Assembly (NCBI GenBank): GCA_051530055.1
Contig: CM121341.1
Location: forward strand, 14,114,784 to 14,178,783
DNA length: 64,000 bases
Reading direction: 5' to 3'
Source of the DNA: Neoechinorhynchus agilis
Lineage: Eukaryota > Animalia > Acanthocephala
Position 1 is the first letter of the stretch; each line of letters starts with the position of its first letter. Shown piece by piece: positions 10,171 through 21,200 of this stretch. The notes beneath the pieces are model-generated. The model made no database searches. It saw nothing but the letters and a program-made list of their open reading frames with translations, and was not told where the DNA came from. Both the position numbers and the translations under genes were made by a program.

Positions 10171-11659
10171 TGAAGTTGTTTGATCCTTGAAATTTGACGT
10201 TGTTACAAAGTATAAGAATCAAAGTGAATAGACGATCTTCAAGTGTTAAGCGCAGCTTACACTTATAACTCGTAGTTAAAATTTTGAAGCAGTTCGCCTC
10301 AGAATATGCAGATAAATTTAAAATTACCAGACATTGATTTGGAGTACTCACCGAAGATCGACGTTTTTTAGCAATTAATAAATACACACGTTGATCCTCA
10401 TCGGACTTAAACACTCTCACACGTCTGAATGTTCTGAAGGGCGGGTTGTTCCTCATCGTTTGTGAGTTTATTTGGTATTGAATTCAATAAATGAGCTGTT
10501 CGAAAGTTGAAAAGCTGTTTACTTTAAAAATGTGCCCTATTTTTATTAACAGATCAAAACATTTTTGCCTCTGCTAAATTGATGATCTCGTCAATAAACA
10601 CTTTGCCTTGAAAGTTGCGACGAAATCAGAAGGAACCCATAATGCTATTTTATATGAGCTTTGGCCACAATCAGTAGTCTTCAAGAAAGCCGAACAATCT
10701 GCTTACCATTTTTTTAAATTTTGTTGGCGACCAGCTTAACCGCTTTAAATAAAAAAATTAAGCAATTTGAAAATGACCAACATGGAACACGGTTTGTTGC
10801 TCGAATTTCACTTTAATTAACGGACTCAAATTGCACTGTTCTGAAATATTTAGAAACGTCTATTGTTTGAACAAGGCTTTTGGGTACCCATGAATATATA
10901 AAAGTATATTTCTATTTCACACATTTCACTTTATTAAGTTATAAGGTTCAATTCCAGGTAGACATTTAAAAAATAAAGTATTATCGCATCAATTCGGAAA
11001 ATCTTGCGCAATGTAACTTGATTTTCCAGCCGCATGATCGATCAGGTTTTTTTATTGGCACTTGGACGGGCCGTTGTGGATATGAAGAAAAATCTATATT
11101 TTTGAGCAAGTTGCCGATATAGAACGATTGATTACCCCAGAGCGAGAACGGAAGCGGATCGAAAATTTGTGTTGGGATGAGTGATTTTCAATGATAGAAA
11201 CGAGTTTTTAGTCAAGAATTTTTGTGGATTAGGGGTTGAGTGATAATTATTTGCTTGTTTTGGGAGAAAGAGAGTGTTTAATGTGGAAGGACTGGGAGAT
11301 TGACCGTTGTGGTTTTTTGGGCACCGGTGTAGTTGAACGTAGTCAAAGAAGTTGGGGAGTCGCTTACTCTTCGAGTTTTTGGGATATGAAAGATATTTTA
11401 GGTTGTTAGTTAATAGCGAAGGATTATACTTGGAAGAAGTCTGGATTGATTTTGGAGGGGCGGTGTAAAGATGTGATGATAAATTTCTATGTGGATGATT
11501 CGAAAAGGAAGTTGTGAGGTATAGAGCTTGAATCGCCTGTTAAGAAAGAGAAACTTCGAGTGGTGAATTAAAAGTAACTTTTGGAAGACGTGGAAAGGGA
11601 TTTTTGGAGGGAATGCGCATAACAGTTGATGGGGAGGAATCGTAGTCTTTAAATATTTG

Positions 11660-11740
11660 AAGAAAATCATCTAAATGAAGAAACGCTGTATCCATGGTTA
11701 TCTAATAAAAGTGGCTTAGGCGAATATCTCGTTTTGACCA
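11660..11740. repeat. ~80-bp dispersed repeat (copy at 15495-15570)
   Basis: aaatcatcta..tgaa...tgtatc...atctaataaaag(t/g)ggcttaggcgaatatctcgtttt is shared by both copies. Confidence 0.8.
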
Positions 11741-11989
11741 AAATAATATTCCGTCCGCCAAAATTAAAATCGATGAAAATAACCGAACAGAATAATCCTC
11801 CATAGAGCACAAATTGAAGAGAAAACGTATGCGATTTCTCGAGACTCCCTTTGTAGAGTTAAAAAGGCAAATCTATTAGTGAGCGGTTGCAATGAAAGAT
11901 GCAACAATAATATTTCATTGACTTGTGAATAAAAAAATATTACATGCGTCACTTTTTTTCTAAAGTATTTTACTCTTTCAAACATCCGA

Positions 11990-13030
11990 AAAGCAGCTGG
12001 TATTTCTCTGCCAGCTTATTTGGGATCGTATGAAGCAAGCCGCAAAATAGTTCAATCCGTTCTTTGCGAGAGCTACACTTCGGATGAAGATTTCACGGAG
12101 GCTCTTAATCTTTGGTGTGGATATTCAGCCAGCGAGCAGGTCCCGTCAATGATTGCAAACAATCAGTTTGGGACTCACCCCTGCTAGCGAGAATTCATAA
12201 CTCTTCAATTTCAGATTCTCGTGACCTGGTGGACCGAACTCGATTAGCAGCAGTTTCTACAAGAGAATCAGGTGCATGTCTCAACACTATCCCAATCGCT
12301 TCTGTAGATACCCTTCTCTCCGATGAGACAGTAAGGATTGCTGTGTCCCTGAGACTTGGGGTTACCGATGTGTATATCCCATCGCTGTCGTTGCAAACTG
12401 ACCGTGGAACCATCGGGACGCCATGGTCTTGTCCGTCAGCAATCAGGCGGAAGGTACTCACAGCACGCCGAAGTGAACGAAATTCTTAGTCGTGCCCTGA
12501 ATACTGTGAAGGCGCCCAAAATCCTAAACCCGATCAATCTTTGCCGATTCGATGGCCGTAGACCGGACGATGTCACAGTATCCCCGTGGCAAGAAGTAAA
12601 ATGCCTTCTCTGGGACGCCACGTTCGTGGACACACTCGCAGCCAGTAACATAAAATTCGCCGCTGTTAAACCAGAGGAAGCAGCAACCGCCGCTGAAGAA
12701 CACAAAAAGATGAAATACAGGGACCTGAGTCGAAATCATTATTTTGTTCCCTTTGGCATCGAGACTCGGATCGTTTGGTACCGCGGCGCAGGACCTGGTC
12801 AAGCAATTGTCTAAGAGATTGAGACGAATCACTGGCGATCTGAGGGCAGGAGTATTCCTCTTACAAAACATAAGCATGGTTATACAACGAGGGAACTCCG
12901 CATCCGTCCATTCGACCGTTACAGCAGGACGGCAGGTGAGTGATCCAGAGCGGTAGTGTGTATGATCTAACGCTAATTAAAGGAAGGGATTGGACTAAGA
13001 ACGCAAATAAAGTATTTTATCTTGTAAAAG
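11990..13030 (+). mobile_element. CRE-clade element 3' part (Zn knuckle + restriction-like endonuclease + 3'UTR)
   Basis: KQSVWDSPL, RLAAVSTRESGACLNTIP, CRCKLTVEPSGRHGL...HAEVN, RRPDDVTVSPW..WDATFVDTLA, KYRDL..FVPFGIET and QRGNSASV. There are several frameshifts, and AATAAA lies near 13006. Confidence 0.92.
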
Positions 13031-13934
13031 CCTTCAAAAAATGAGGAAGCTTGCGATGTATATTAATAACCGTTCGATGTATCAATCCTTAGCAAATATC
13101 CCCTTAAAAAGCGTAGCTCCAAATCGATTCGATATCGCACGGAAATTGATTTTGCGCACTACTGTGCTTCTTATCCGCATCTCATCGTTTCATAGAAGTT
13201 CTTTGTGTACACTGACAACACCATTCGCAGCAAAAATGAGTCCAGTGCTAATGGTTATTGTTCGATTTCTTGTGGGATTTCTTGCAAGCGTCAACTGGCC
13301 TGCGCTCTTGCATTTACTCAGTGAATGGGCTTCTGCTCAAGACTGAAGTCAATTAATTGCTATAAGCAATTCCGGGGCACAAATGGGACCAATTGTCGCT
13401 CTTCCGTTATCCGCCGTACTTTGTGAGCAATCGTTTTTGGATTGATGGCCTCTGATTTTCTACGTGTCTGGTATCTAGAATAATCTGGGCGATTACATGG
13501 GCGCTTCTGGCCAGATCGCGACCAGAATATCATCACTTTATCTCAAAACGAGAACTTGAGTATATTTGCCTTAACAAACCAATTTCCTTAGCAAGTGGCG
13601 AAACTCCAAAAGTTCCATCCAAGGCCATATTTACATCAATCCCTTGTTGGGGAATGTTTATATCCCATTTTTTGAAAGTTGTTCTATTTTTTACCCTTCT
13701 AACAAACATAAGTACGTACCGCAAGGACGTTCTGAATTTCAACGTAAAGAAATGCTAATTTCTGAGTTCGGTACCCTACATCTTCTATTGGCTAATGACT
13801 CTGATCAGTGGAGTAATGTGTGATAAACTTATTAATGCCGGAACGATGGATCGTACAATGGCACGAAAAGTCTTTACAGCGCTCGGAAACTATCTACCTG
13901 GAATTTTCATATTCATTACAGAATTTATAAACAC

Positions 13935-14850
13935 GTTTTATTAATTTAAGAAAAGCACGAACCACACACTTGCCAGCATCTATCTTTGCTGAAGGTGTCT
14001 GGATGTCGGATGTTCAGGCAAGGGAGGTGGGACTTGTCTTTGAAGGAGTTTTAATGTGCGATCGGAGGCTTTGTACAGGAGATGACCGATTGGGAGTCTT
14101 TCCTTGTTCTCCGGTTACTAAGGAAAGATTGGGCTTGTGGGAGGAAAGATTTTTGGTAGAGGGTGGTACGTGCGAGAGGGATGAAAAAGGTTGGGGTTAC
14201 GGGTGTTTACGAGGGAAGAGTATTTAGAGATGAGGGAAGAAAATTGTGGAGGGGGTCGAAGAAGACGGAGGGCGTTTTTGGAGAAAATGGAGTGGAGGTG
14301 GGCGTCGAGGGAAGGGAGTGAAGTCCCGCATATTCTCGCTGCTCTCTTGTGGAAGGTTTCTAGGGAATGGAGAGCATTGACGGAAAGGGCGATGAAAGTG
14401 GGGAAAGCGTATGTAAGGATAGGAAGGATGGCAGGAAGATAAAAGTGAGCAAGGTGTTTAAATCATACGCCGAGACACCGAGACGCCGGAGGAGTTTGAG
14501 AAGGTAAAGACGAGGGTTTGCTTTAGAGAGTGTAAAAAAATGTGGACATCCCATTTAAGATTTTCTTGTAAAATCAGGCTCAGTATTCGGAGAGAAGAGG
14601 AGCGTTGGATGGGGAGAGGGAGAGGCGCGGGGATAAGATTGCGTTTGGAGATGTGGGGGACAAGCTCAAAATATTTAGATACAAATAAATTTCCGGCCTG
14701 CTGCCCATGTATTTGTGACGAATATTTGAGTTGTAACCGGACGATCACAGGGAACGAGCTTGGTGGTTGGGCGCTTTGGCCTCGGCATTGTTTGCAAGTG
14801 TTTATGACGTTAGATCGTGCGACGACGTTGATCGTGTGACGACGTTGATG
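13935..14850 (-). mobile_element. CR1/Jockey-like LINE 3' segment joined to a putative 5' segment
   Basis: SLRILSLILQENLKWDVHI and KANPRLYLLKLLRRLGVS match 50851-51462. The same 3' terminus AATAAAACGTGTTTA is present. Upstream lies a short ORF start MPRPKRPTTKLVPCD. Confidence 0.8.
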
Positions 14851-14915
14851 CTCACAGATTTGATTGCACTTGTTTACGACGTTAGATCTTGTGACGGCGT
14901 TGATCGTCTGACAAA
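14796..14915. repeat. Imperfect tandem repeats (gacgacgttgatcgtgt subunits; two ~73-nt units)
   Basis: gtttaYgacgttagatc.tg.gacg.cgttgatcgt.tgac occurs twice. Confidence 0.75.
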
Positions 14916-16499
14916 GAAAATATTCGATGATGTGTGACGACTACGAGAGAGAGAACGTTGAACGTTGACGATTGACGCGAGAGAACATTGACATGAGAGA
15001 GAACCTGCTAAAATAGCTTCGGCCGGTACCCTGCTGTTTACGCTGGTCTTGGCGACGAGCCAGTGGCGCATTATATTTAGCATTTGTGGCGCTTGCTATG
15101 TCATTTCGGGATTATCCTTAATATTGACGGGAACCGCTGAGGTGCAGATATGGGCTCTCGATAAGTACGAAATCGAGTTAAATGGATTGGAAGAGGATGA
15201 TGAAATAGCTAATTTGTTATACATCCATTTTAAATAATTTTAGTAAATCTCTTCCGATGCTCGTGATCGAAGTAAAAACAATTAGACACTTGTAAAGCTT
15301 CACGTTCTTCAATTATTATCATTGTTCTCAACAGCCTTTTTGGTTTTTGATGACAAGGGACCAATTAAATTAAATCTTTCTTAATCGATTAAAATTAAAT
15401 AAAAGCGATTTTAAACGAAAATCGCGTTTCTCAACTTTAAACTTTGAAACTGTTTGCCAAACTATCGACTAGGACAAATTTTAATATTGTAAGGAAATCA
15501 TCTAGGTGAAAAAGTTGTATCAAATAAAATCTAATAAAAGGGGCTTAGGCGAATATCTCGTTTTTAGCAAATCTATTGAAGAATACCAACTATTTTCCTT
15601 TATTTTGCAGCTGAAAATATCGCCGCTTCCATTTATCAGCCACAGCGTTTTTACAAGTGAGGCGAAATTTTTTCTAGATGCGAGGGTGAAAGATATTGTT
15701 CTTTATGGCGTTTAAAAAGAATATATCCAAGGCGTATCGATTATCGCTAACGAATTCTCACTGCGAAAAAAACTTCTTAACTTTCTCTCTTATATCGAAA
15801 TCATTTACAGTAATTTTCGGCTATCGGTCAAAGCTCCATGACAAGTACAGTTTCCTCTCGGACGCTTCAGATGACGCCTATAAATAAAGAAATTTTTTGA
15901 TTCCATCGATGTGCATTTATTAACATTTGGCTGGCTGAGCGGGTATAGTAGTTGCGATCCGTTGACCAGTAAAATTTGTCGAATTTCGTTTTTAGAAAAA
16001 TTCTTATGAACCTCTGCGAATGGATATCACATGGAGGAGAACAAATCATTACATTTCACGTGATTAACATTTGAAGCAATCTGTTATTATAAAAAACTGT
16101 TGAGTTCTGCAAAAATTTCAATTTTTATATCGAATAGAGCTCATGCTTGTGAGGCTGAAATTCTAATGAAGGCCGATAAATTTTGTATTCCGGTATACGG
16201 CAGAGCAAATAACATGCAAGTGGCACTTTACGACTATTGCAAGTGATAGAGAAATTATATATTGGCAGTTTAATTTACTTAGAAGTATGCCATTACTGTG
16301 TTCTTAGATGGCCTAATTATTAATCTCATTTATTGGAGGTTTTGCAATTTGAAATAATTAACACATATAAAATTATTCAGCCCAATGCGTTTTATTTCAT
16401 TAATTTTATAAGAAATTTTCTTGTCCTTATTTAAAGCTCCGATAACCACTTTGACGAGGTTGTACATTTTTCCACCTCGTCGCTATTATCGAGAAACTC

Positions 16500-17150
16500 G
16501 AATAATGTTCATTTTAATCTGCTCGTTCAAGCTTATTACAAACTTTTAAAGGTGATTCCATGAAGCGAAATCTGCGTTTAAAATAGAGTATAAAATTAGT
16601 TATTGATGAACTTCTTAGAAACCGGCATCATATTCATTATCTTTTGAACTACAAACTTGCCGACTTTACAATTTCCTATGTACGTCCTATTCTTAGGTTT
16701 TCCGCAGAATTGTCTTTTGAACCAGGGACATATGCTCTTTTGAAAGATTTTTATTTCACCTGTTTAAATTCTATAATTATTTTTTAAAGGGACTCGTTTT
16801 TTACCGAAACGTTAATGATTTAACGATTACTGTATTTATCTTGGCATCAATCCTTGATAGTTTTTCGGATAGCAGTCTTAACCCCTCATTGGTTGCAAGA
16901 TTATGCTTACAATGACTCGTTTTTCGAGGTAAATGATATATTTTAGTGCGATTTGTCGAGGCTGAACCTAGCAAAAATACAGCTCTAGCTAATAATCCAT
17001 GAAAGATGAATGGATTCACATTTTTTGAGCTGCACAAATGTCAGTTTGATTTTTGAATCTGTATGGACTAATGTTGAATGATAAATAATGGTTGGTGATT
17101 TTTTAAACTTAAACATTTGAGATATTCGGAACTGGGCAACACGCTCGCAG
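16500..17150 (-). mobile_element. Highly degenerate PLE thumb/linker remnant
   Basis: FIFHGLLARAVFLLGS...HNLATNEG (thumb-like) and AYVPGS (linker-like). Confidence 0.4.
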
Positions 17151-17416
17151 TAAATTTCCGACTTAATTTTTTACTTTAAATTATCTCAATTCGATTCTAA
17201 GATTTCATTTAAGTATAAAATCATCTAGCGGTTTTATATTTTGGACTAGTTTTTGTCCACGCAAAAAGTTTACTCTGCATCACTTATTTCCTCCGATTAT
17301 TCATAAAGTAGGAGGGATATAATGCGATTCTTTACAGTCGAATAAAACTTTATCAAGAAAGCAATATAGTAATATAATTGTTGTTTAGGTCTTCATCCGG
17401 TAAATAATTTTTTATT

Positions 17417-17454
17417 AAAGACGTTTCGAACCTCGTCGGGTTCATCATCAGTTT
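17417..17454 (-). ncRNA. Minimal hammerhead (family 1) in a short pLTR (17375-17460)
   Basis: aaa CUGAUGA U GAACC-cgacga-GGUUC GAAA CGUC uuu AATAAA...ttaccggatgaagacctaaacaacaatt, with the same downstream tail as 5761-5805. Confidence 0.85.
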
Positions 17455-17689
17455 TTTAAACTAACAAAATTAAAACAATAATTCTATCGACATTTTAATA
17501 ATATAAATATATCAGTCGATTGTTACTTGTAAATTTCCCTGATGAAAAGTATCAACAATAAGAACGTTGCTCTCCACTTTAATTTTTCATCACGAATTTA
17601 CGGCATAGAAGTCGATTTTTTTCCTTTAAGTTGACATTTTTTAATTTTTTGTATTTTTATACCTTAAAAACATTCACGCCACAGCTTGG

Positions 17690-17850
17690 GATCATTCAGC
17701 TGCAGTCCTGGTGTAATGGTCAAAAGGACGGATGCAGCGTTTCTCTGTTGCATAACCAGACTTTTGCTTCGCAGGAGGAATACTCCTGTCCTCTGGCCGT
17801 CCTCGTCAACACGAAGAAAATCGAAAGCACCAGTTCTAATTTCATTTGAG
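17690..17850 (-). mobile_element. CRE-clade 3'-terminal fragment
   Basis: DNA similarity to 55780-55880 (ggtgtaatggtc..ggacggatg.agcg...ccagactt...ggaggaatactcctg) and to 12850-12950. Confidence 0.75.
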
Positions 17851-18215
17851 CTATTGTCAAGGATATTCGGTTACCTAATCGATTAGCAGAGACTTTTCGC
17901 AAACTGGTGATCTTTTAAAAAGCTGACGAAGCAATTCCGCACCGGAGCTTCCGCTTATTAAGTGACGTTAGGGTTTTTAAATTACATAAGGGGTTCAGAT
18001 GTGAGTAGATCAGTTCCTTAATTCGTTTTCGCCTTCATTTTAGCGCTTTTACGTTGTGATCTAAAAAAATCAGTTCGTGACCTTGTTCCATGCCATTTTT
18101 TACTCAAACTCATAATCACAAACGATTAAATTTAGTTTGCAAAACCACTATCACAGACGGTGCATAGTAATTGTCTCCCTCTTCCACCATTTGAGCAAAC
18201 AATCTCGCTCCGATT

Positions 18216-21200
18216 TTAAGGCACTTCTACATGAAACGGACTGCCAGGAATGTGACAATCTCCCCACTTGACGACCAAAATGTAACGTCCACTATTCTTA
18301 ACAGTGTATGAGACGTTGAATACGTTGTTCCCCATGTGTTTGACCAATACTTCATCACATGGAGTCGTAGAGTCAGTTCCATGCATTCCGACCATTAGCA
18401 TGCTGTCACCAGTGGATGAAACTGAAACTTAAAAGATAATAGAACAAAAACATTAAGGAATAATGTAGGTGAAAACACAAAAACTAACCTGCATTTGTGG
18501 CATCGACTGTAAAAGTTGAAGGTTGATTTGGAAGAGCAGAATGGAGAGCGGATCCAAAACTCTTAACGAATTTGGCGCCTGCTTTATCATCGGTAGTTTT
18601 AGCGTCGTAAAAATTCGCCCTTGAAGTTGTCTTGATACTCGTCTGACTGAAGTGATCATCAAATGTCTCAAATACGATATTGGAATGCTCACGTTGAGTT
18701 GTAATGTTTCCGTTTTCGATTCCCGTTCCAGTGACATGACATTTGAAGGGTGATCCAGCAATACTTACTCCTGCAAGTTTTATTGTGATGAGGTAATCTC
18801 CTGGCGAAGTAGGTAAAAACGTAACTCGGTATCCTTCCTCGACTTCATTGCATCCCAACTGAACTTTCGATGGACCATCGACGGTGACAGCAAATGTACC
18901 AGTTCCAGCGTTTCGTGTGTTAACCAGAAACTCGCAAGGCACTCCTAATTGCCCTGCGTGTAAGCCCATACCACTCACAACCACACGTCCAGCATCTCCA
19001 ACTTCCAATGCACTGTCCGATCCACCCGATCCAACGAATACGCTGAACGGACTATCGCCAACTTCTTGCCCATTGAAGCGAATGTGAACTTTATGGAGAC
19101 CGTTTTGTCGAGGAATAAACTTCATTGAATATCGTGAGTTATCGCTAGAGGACTGCTGGACAAGGCATACGTCTTCTTTTCCGTTAGGTCCCACCACATA
19201 AGCATCGATATGGCCAAGAACTCCATGAAAATTCACATTGAAAGTAAGGGGCTTATTAACTTCATACGCTGTAGACGTTTGCAAATTCTCTACTGTTAGT
19301 TTGTTTCGGCCGGATGGAGAAAAAACCGATTCGCTAATATTTACAATAAAGGGCGAATCCGGAATGTCGTGATCATTGAATTTGATAGAAATTTTGTACT
19401 GACCTCGTTCCGCACAAGTATAAGTAACATCACATACTCCTTCAGAGCGATTTTTAAAGAACACATCAGCCTTGGATGGCCCTTCGATTGTAATATTTAT
19501 AGATCCAGAACCAGCTTCACGGGTGTAGATAGAGAATTCGCATTTTCTATTTACTTCTCCGTGAGATAAACCCTGTCCAAGTGCTCTTACTTTATGAGCA
19601 CCTCCCTCATTGGATAGTCCTCCCACTGTAAACGGAAACGGAGATCCTGAAATATGCTCCTGCTTGTACTTTACACTAATGGCATGAAGGCCTGCTTCGT
19701 GAGGAACGAAGCTGATTTTGAAAAGGTTACTTCCTAAATCGTCTGACTTGATTTTCTCAACCTCGCACGATGCGATTCCTCCACTTGGGTTAGTGACGGA
19801 AGTTTCTAATTGAGACGACGACTGAATGTCATTGAGTCGAAGAGTAAGGTTACAGCGCGTGCCAATTTCAGCTTTTGAAGCAGCTACACTTTCACAGTTT
19901 ATACTTTTCCGAAGTGTGTTGTTGGAAGACACTGTGTACATTGTGGATTCCATTGGCCGTGGCATACTATCAGATAGAAACGCTTCGCTAGCTTTTAACA
20001 CAAAGGGAGATCCCGGCACGTCTAAATCAGCAAACTTTATCGAAACTGTGTATTGACCAGGCTCGGGGACTTGGTAGGTGACACGACAACACGAATTCTG
20101 GTTGGGAATATTCTCACATCGTATATCCGCCTTACTCGGTCCTTCGATACTCACATTCAGACCACCGCGACCATGCACTGCACTAGTATCGATCGTAAAA
20201 TGATTTATTTTTTTTGCTTGGATTTGCTCAATCCCAGGACCGTAGACACGAACTTTGGATGCGTTTCCGATTACTTGTGGCCAAACCTTTACCCGAAATG
20301 GACTACCCGATATGTGACGAGCATTGTCTCGCATTACACTCACAATATAATCTCCTGGTTCTCTTGGAGAAAATGTCACTGTGATCGTGTTCGGCGGCTC
20401 ATCATCAGGACAAACATTGAGGTAGCACGGTTCTAAGCGCCCTGATGGAGATGTTACTGTGGCTGCCAATTGCCGGCTATCGATATCCGATAAACTCGTG
20501 TGAGATTCTTGAGTGCTAATAATCGGAACTCTAGCAACGTCACCAACTCTAAGTCCACTACCGCTTGAACTACTAAGAGTTCTGTGGGATGATTTCAAAT
20601 GTTCAGAAGTTACGTTTAGAAGTGAACGCTGTTTAGAGTCGTTTTGGATATTAGTTGAAAACGGCGATCCCGATATGTGTTGGCCGGCAAATTTTATGCT
20701 GACAATGTATTCACCTGGTGCAGTCGGCCACCAAGTAACGTCGCACGTCCCATCTTTATTGTCCTTACAATTAATCTCGGCTTTGGAAGGACCTTCAACA
20801 GCTACAGCAAGTCCACCACTGCCAGCGTCCTTGGTAACTATTTTAAAAAAACACGGCTCGTTACTTGCACCACCACTTAAGCCGGGACCGTATGCATAAG
20901 CCTGTTGTCGACTTGTGGATGTTTTAAGATTATCTACATAGAACCTGAATGGCGACCCCATTATCGGTTGGCCAAGGTAAGACACATCAAGTTGGTGAGG
21001 ACCGATTTCATTGGGTTGAAACTTAATGCAAACCGTCTCGTCGTGATTATCATCGATCATCGGTTGAACTATTTGACCACTTGGTGTAATGATTCTTGCA
21101 TCCAAATCGCTCAAACGTCCTCCAACGGGAATTCTAAAATCCATCGGTCTATATTGGCCACTACTCACAGACATTTGTCTACTTGCCGATTGTGACAAGT

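Larger units (their letters stand above)
13196..15237 (+). pseudogene. SLC17 (sialin/VGLUT-like MFS anion transporter) pseudogene split by an insertion
   Basis: 13196-13920 reads LTTPFAA..VRFLVG..WPALLHLLSEWA..SGAQMGPIVALPLSAVLC..WPLIFY..IS..ELEYI..VP.KAIFTSIP..RKVF, with stops and frameshifts. 15059-15237 reads QWRIIF...TGTAEVQIWA. About 60 codons expected from sialin are missing at the insertion. Confidence 0.85.
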
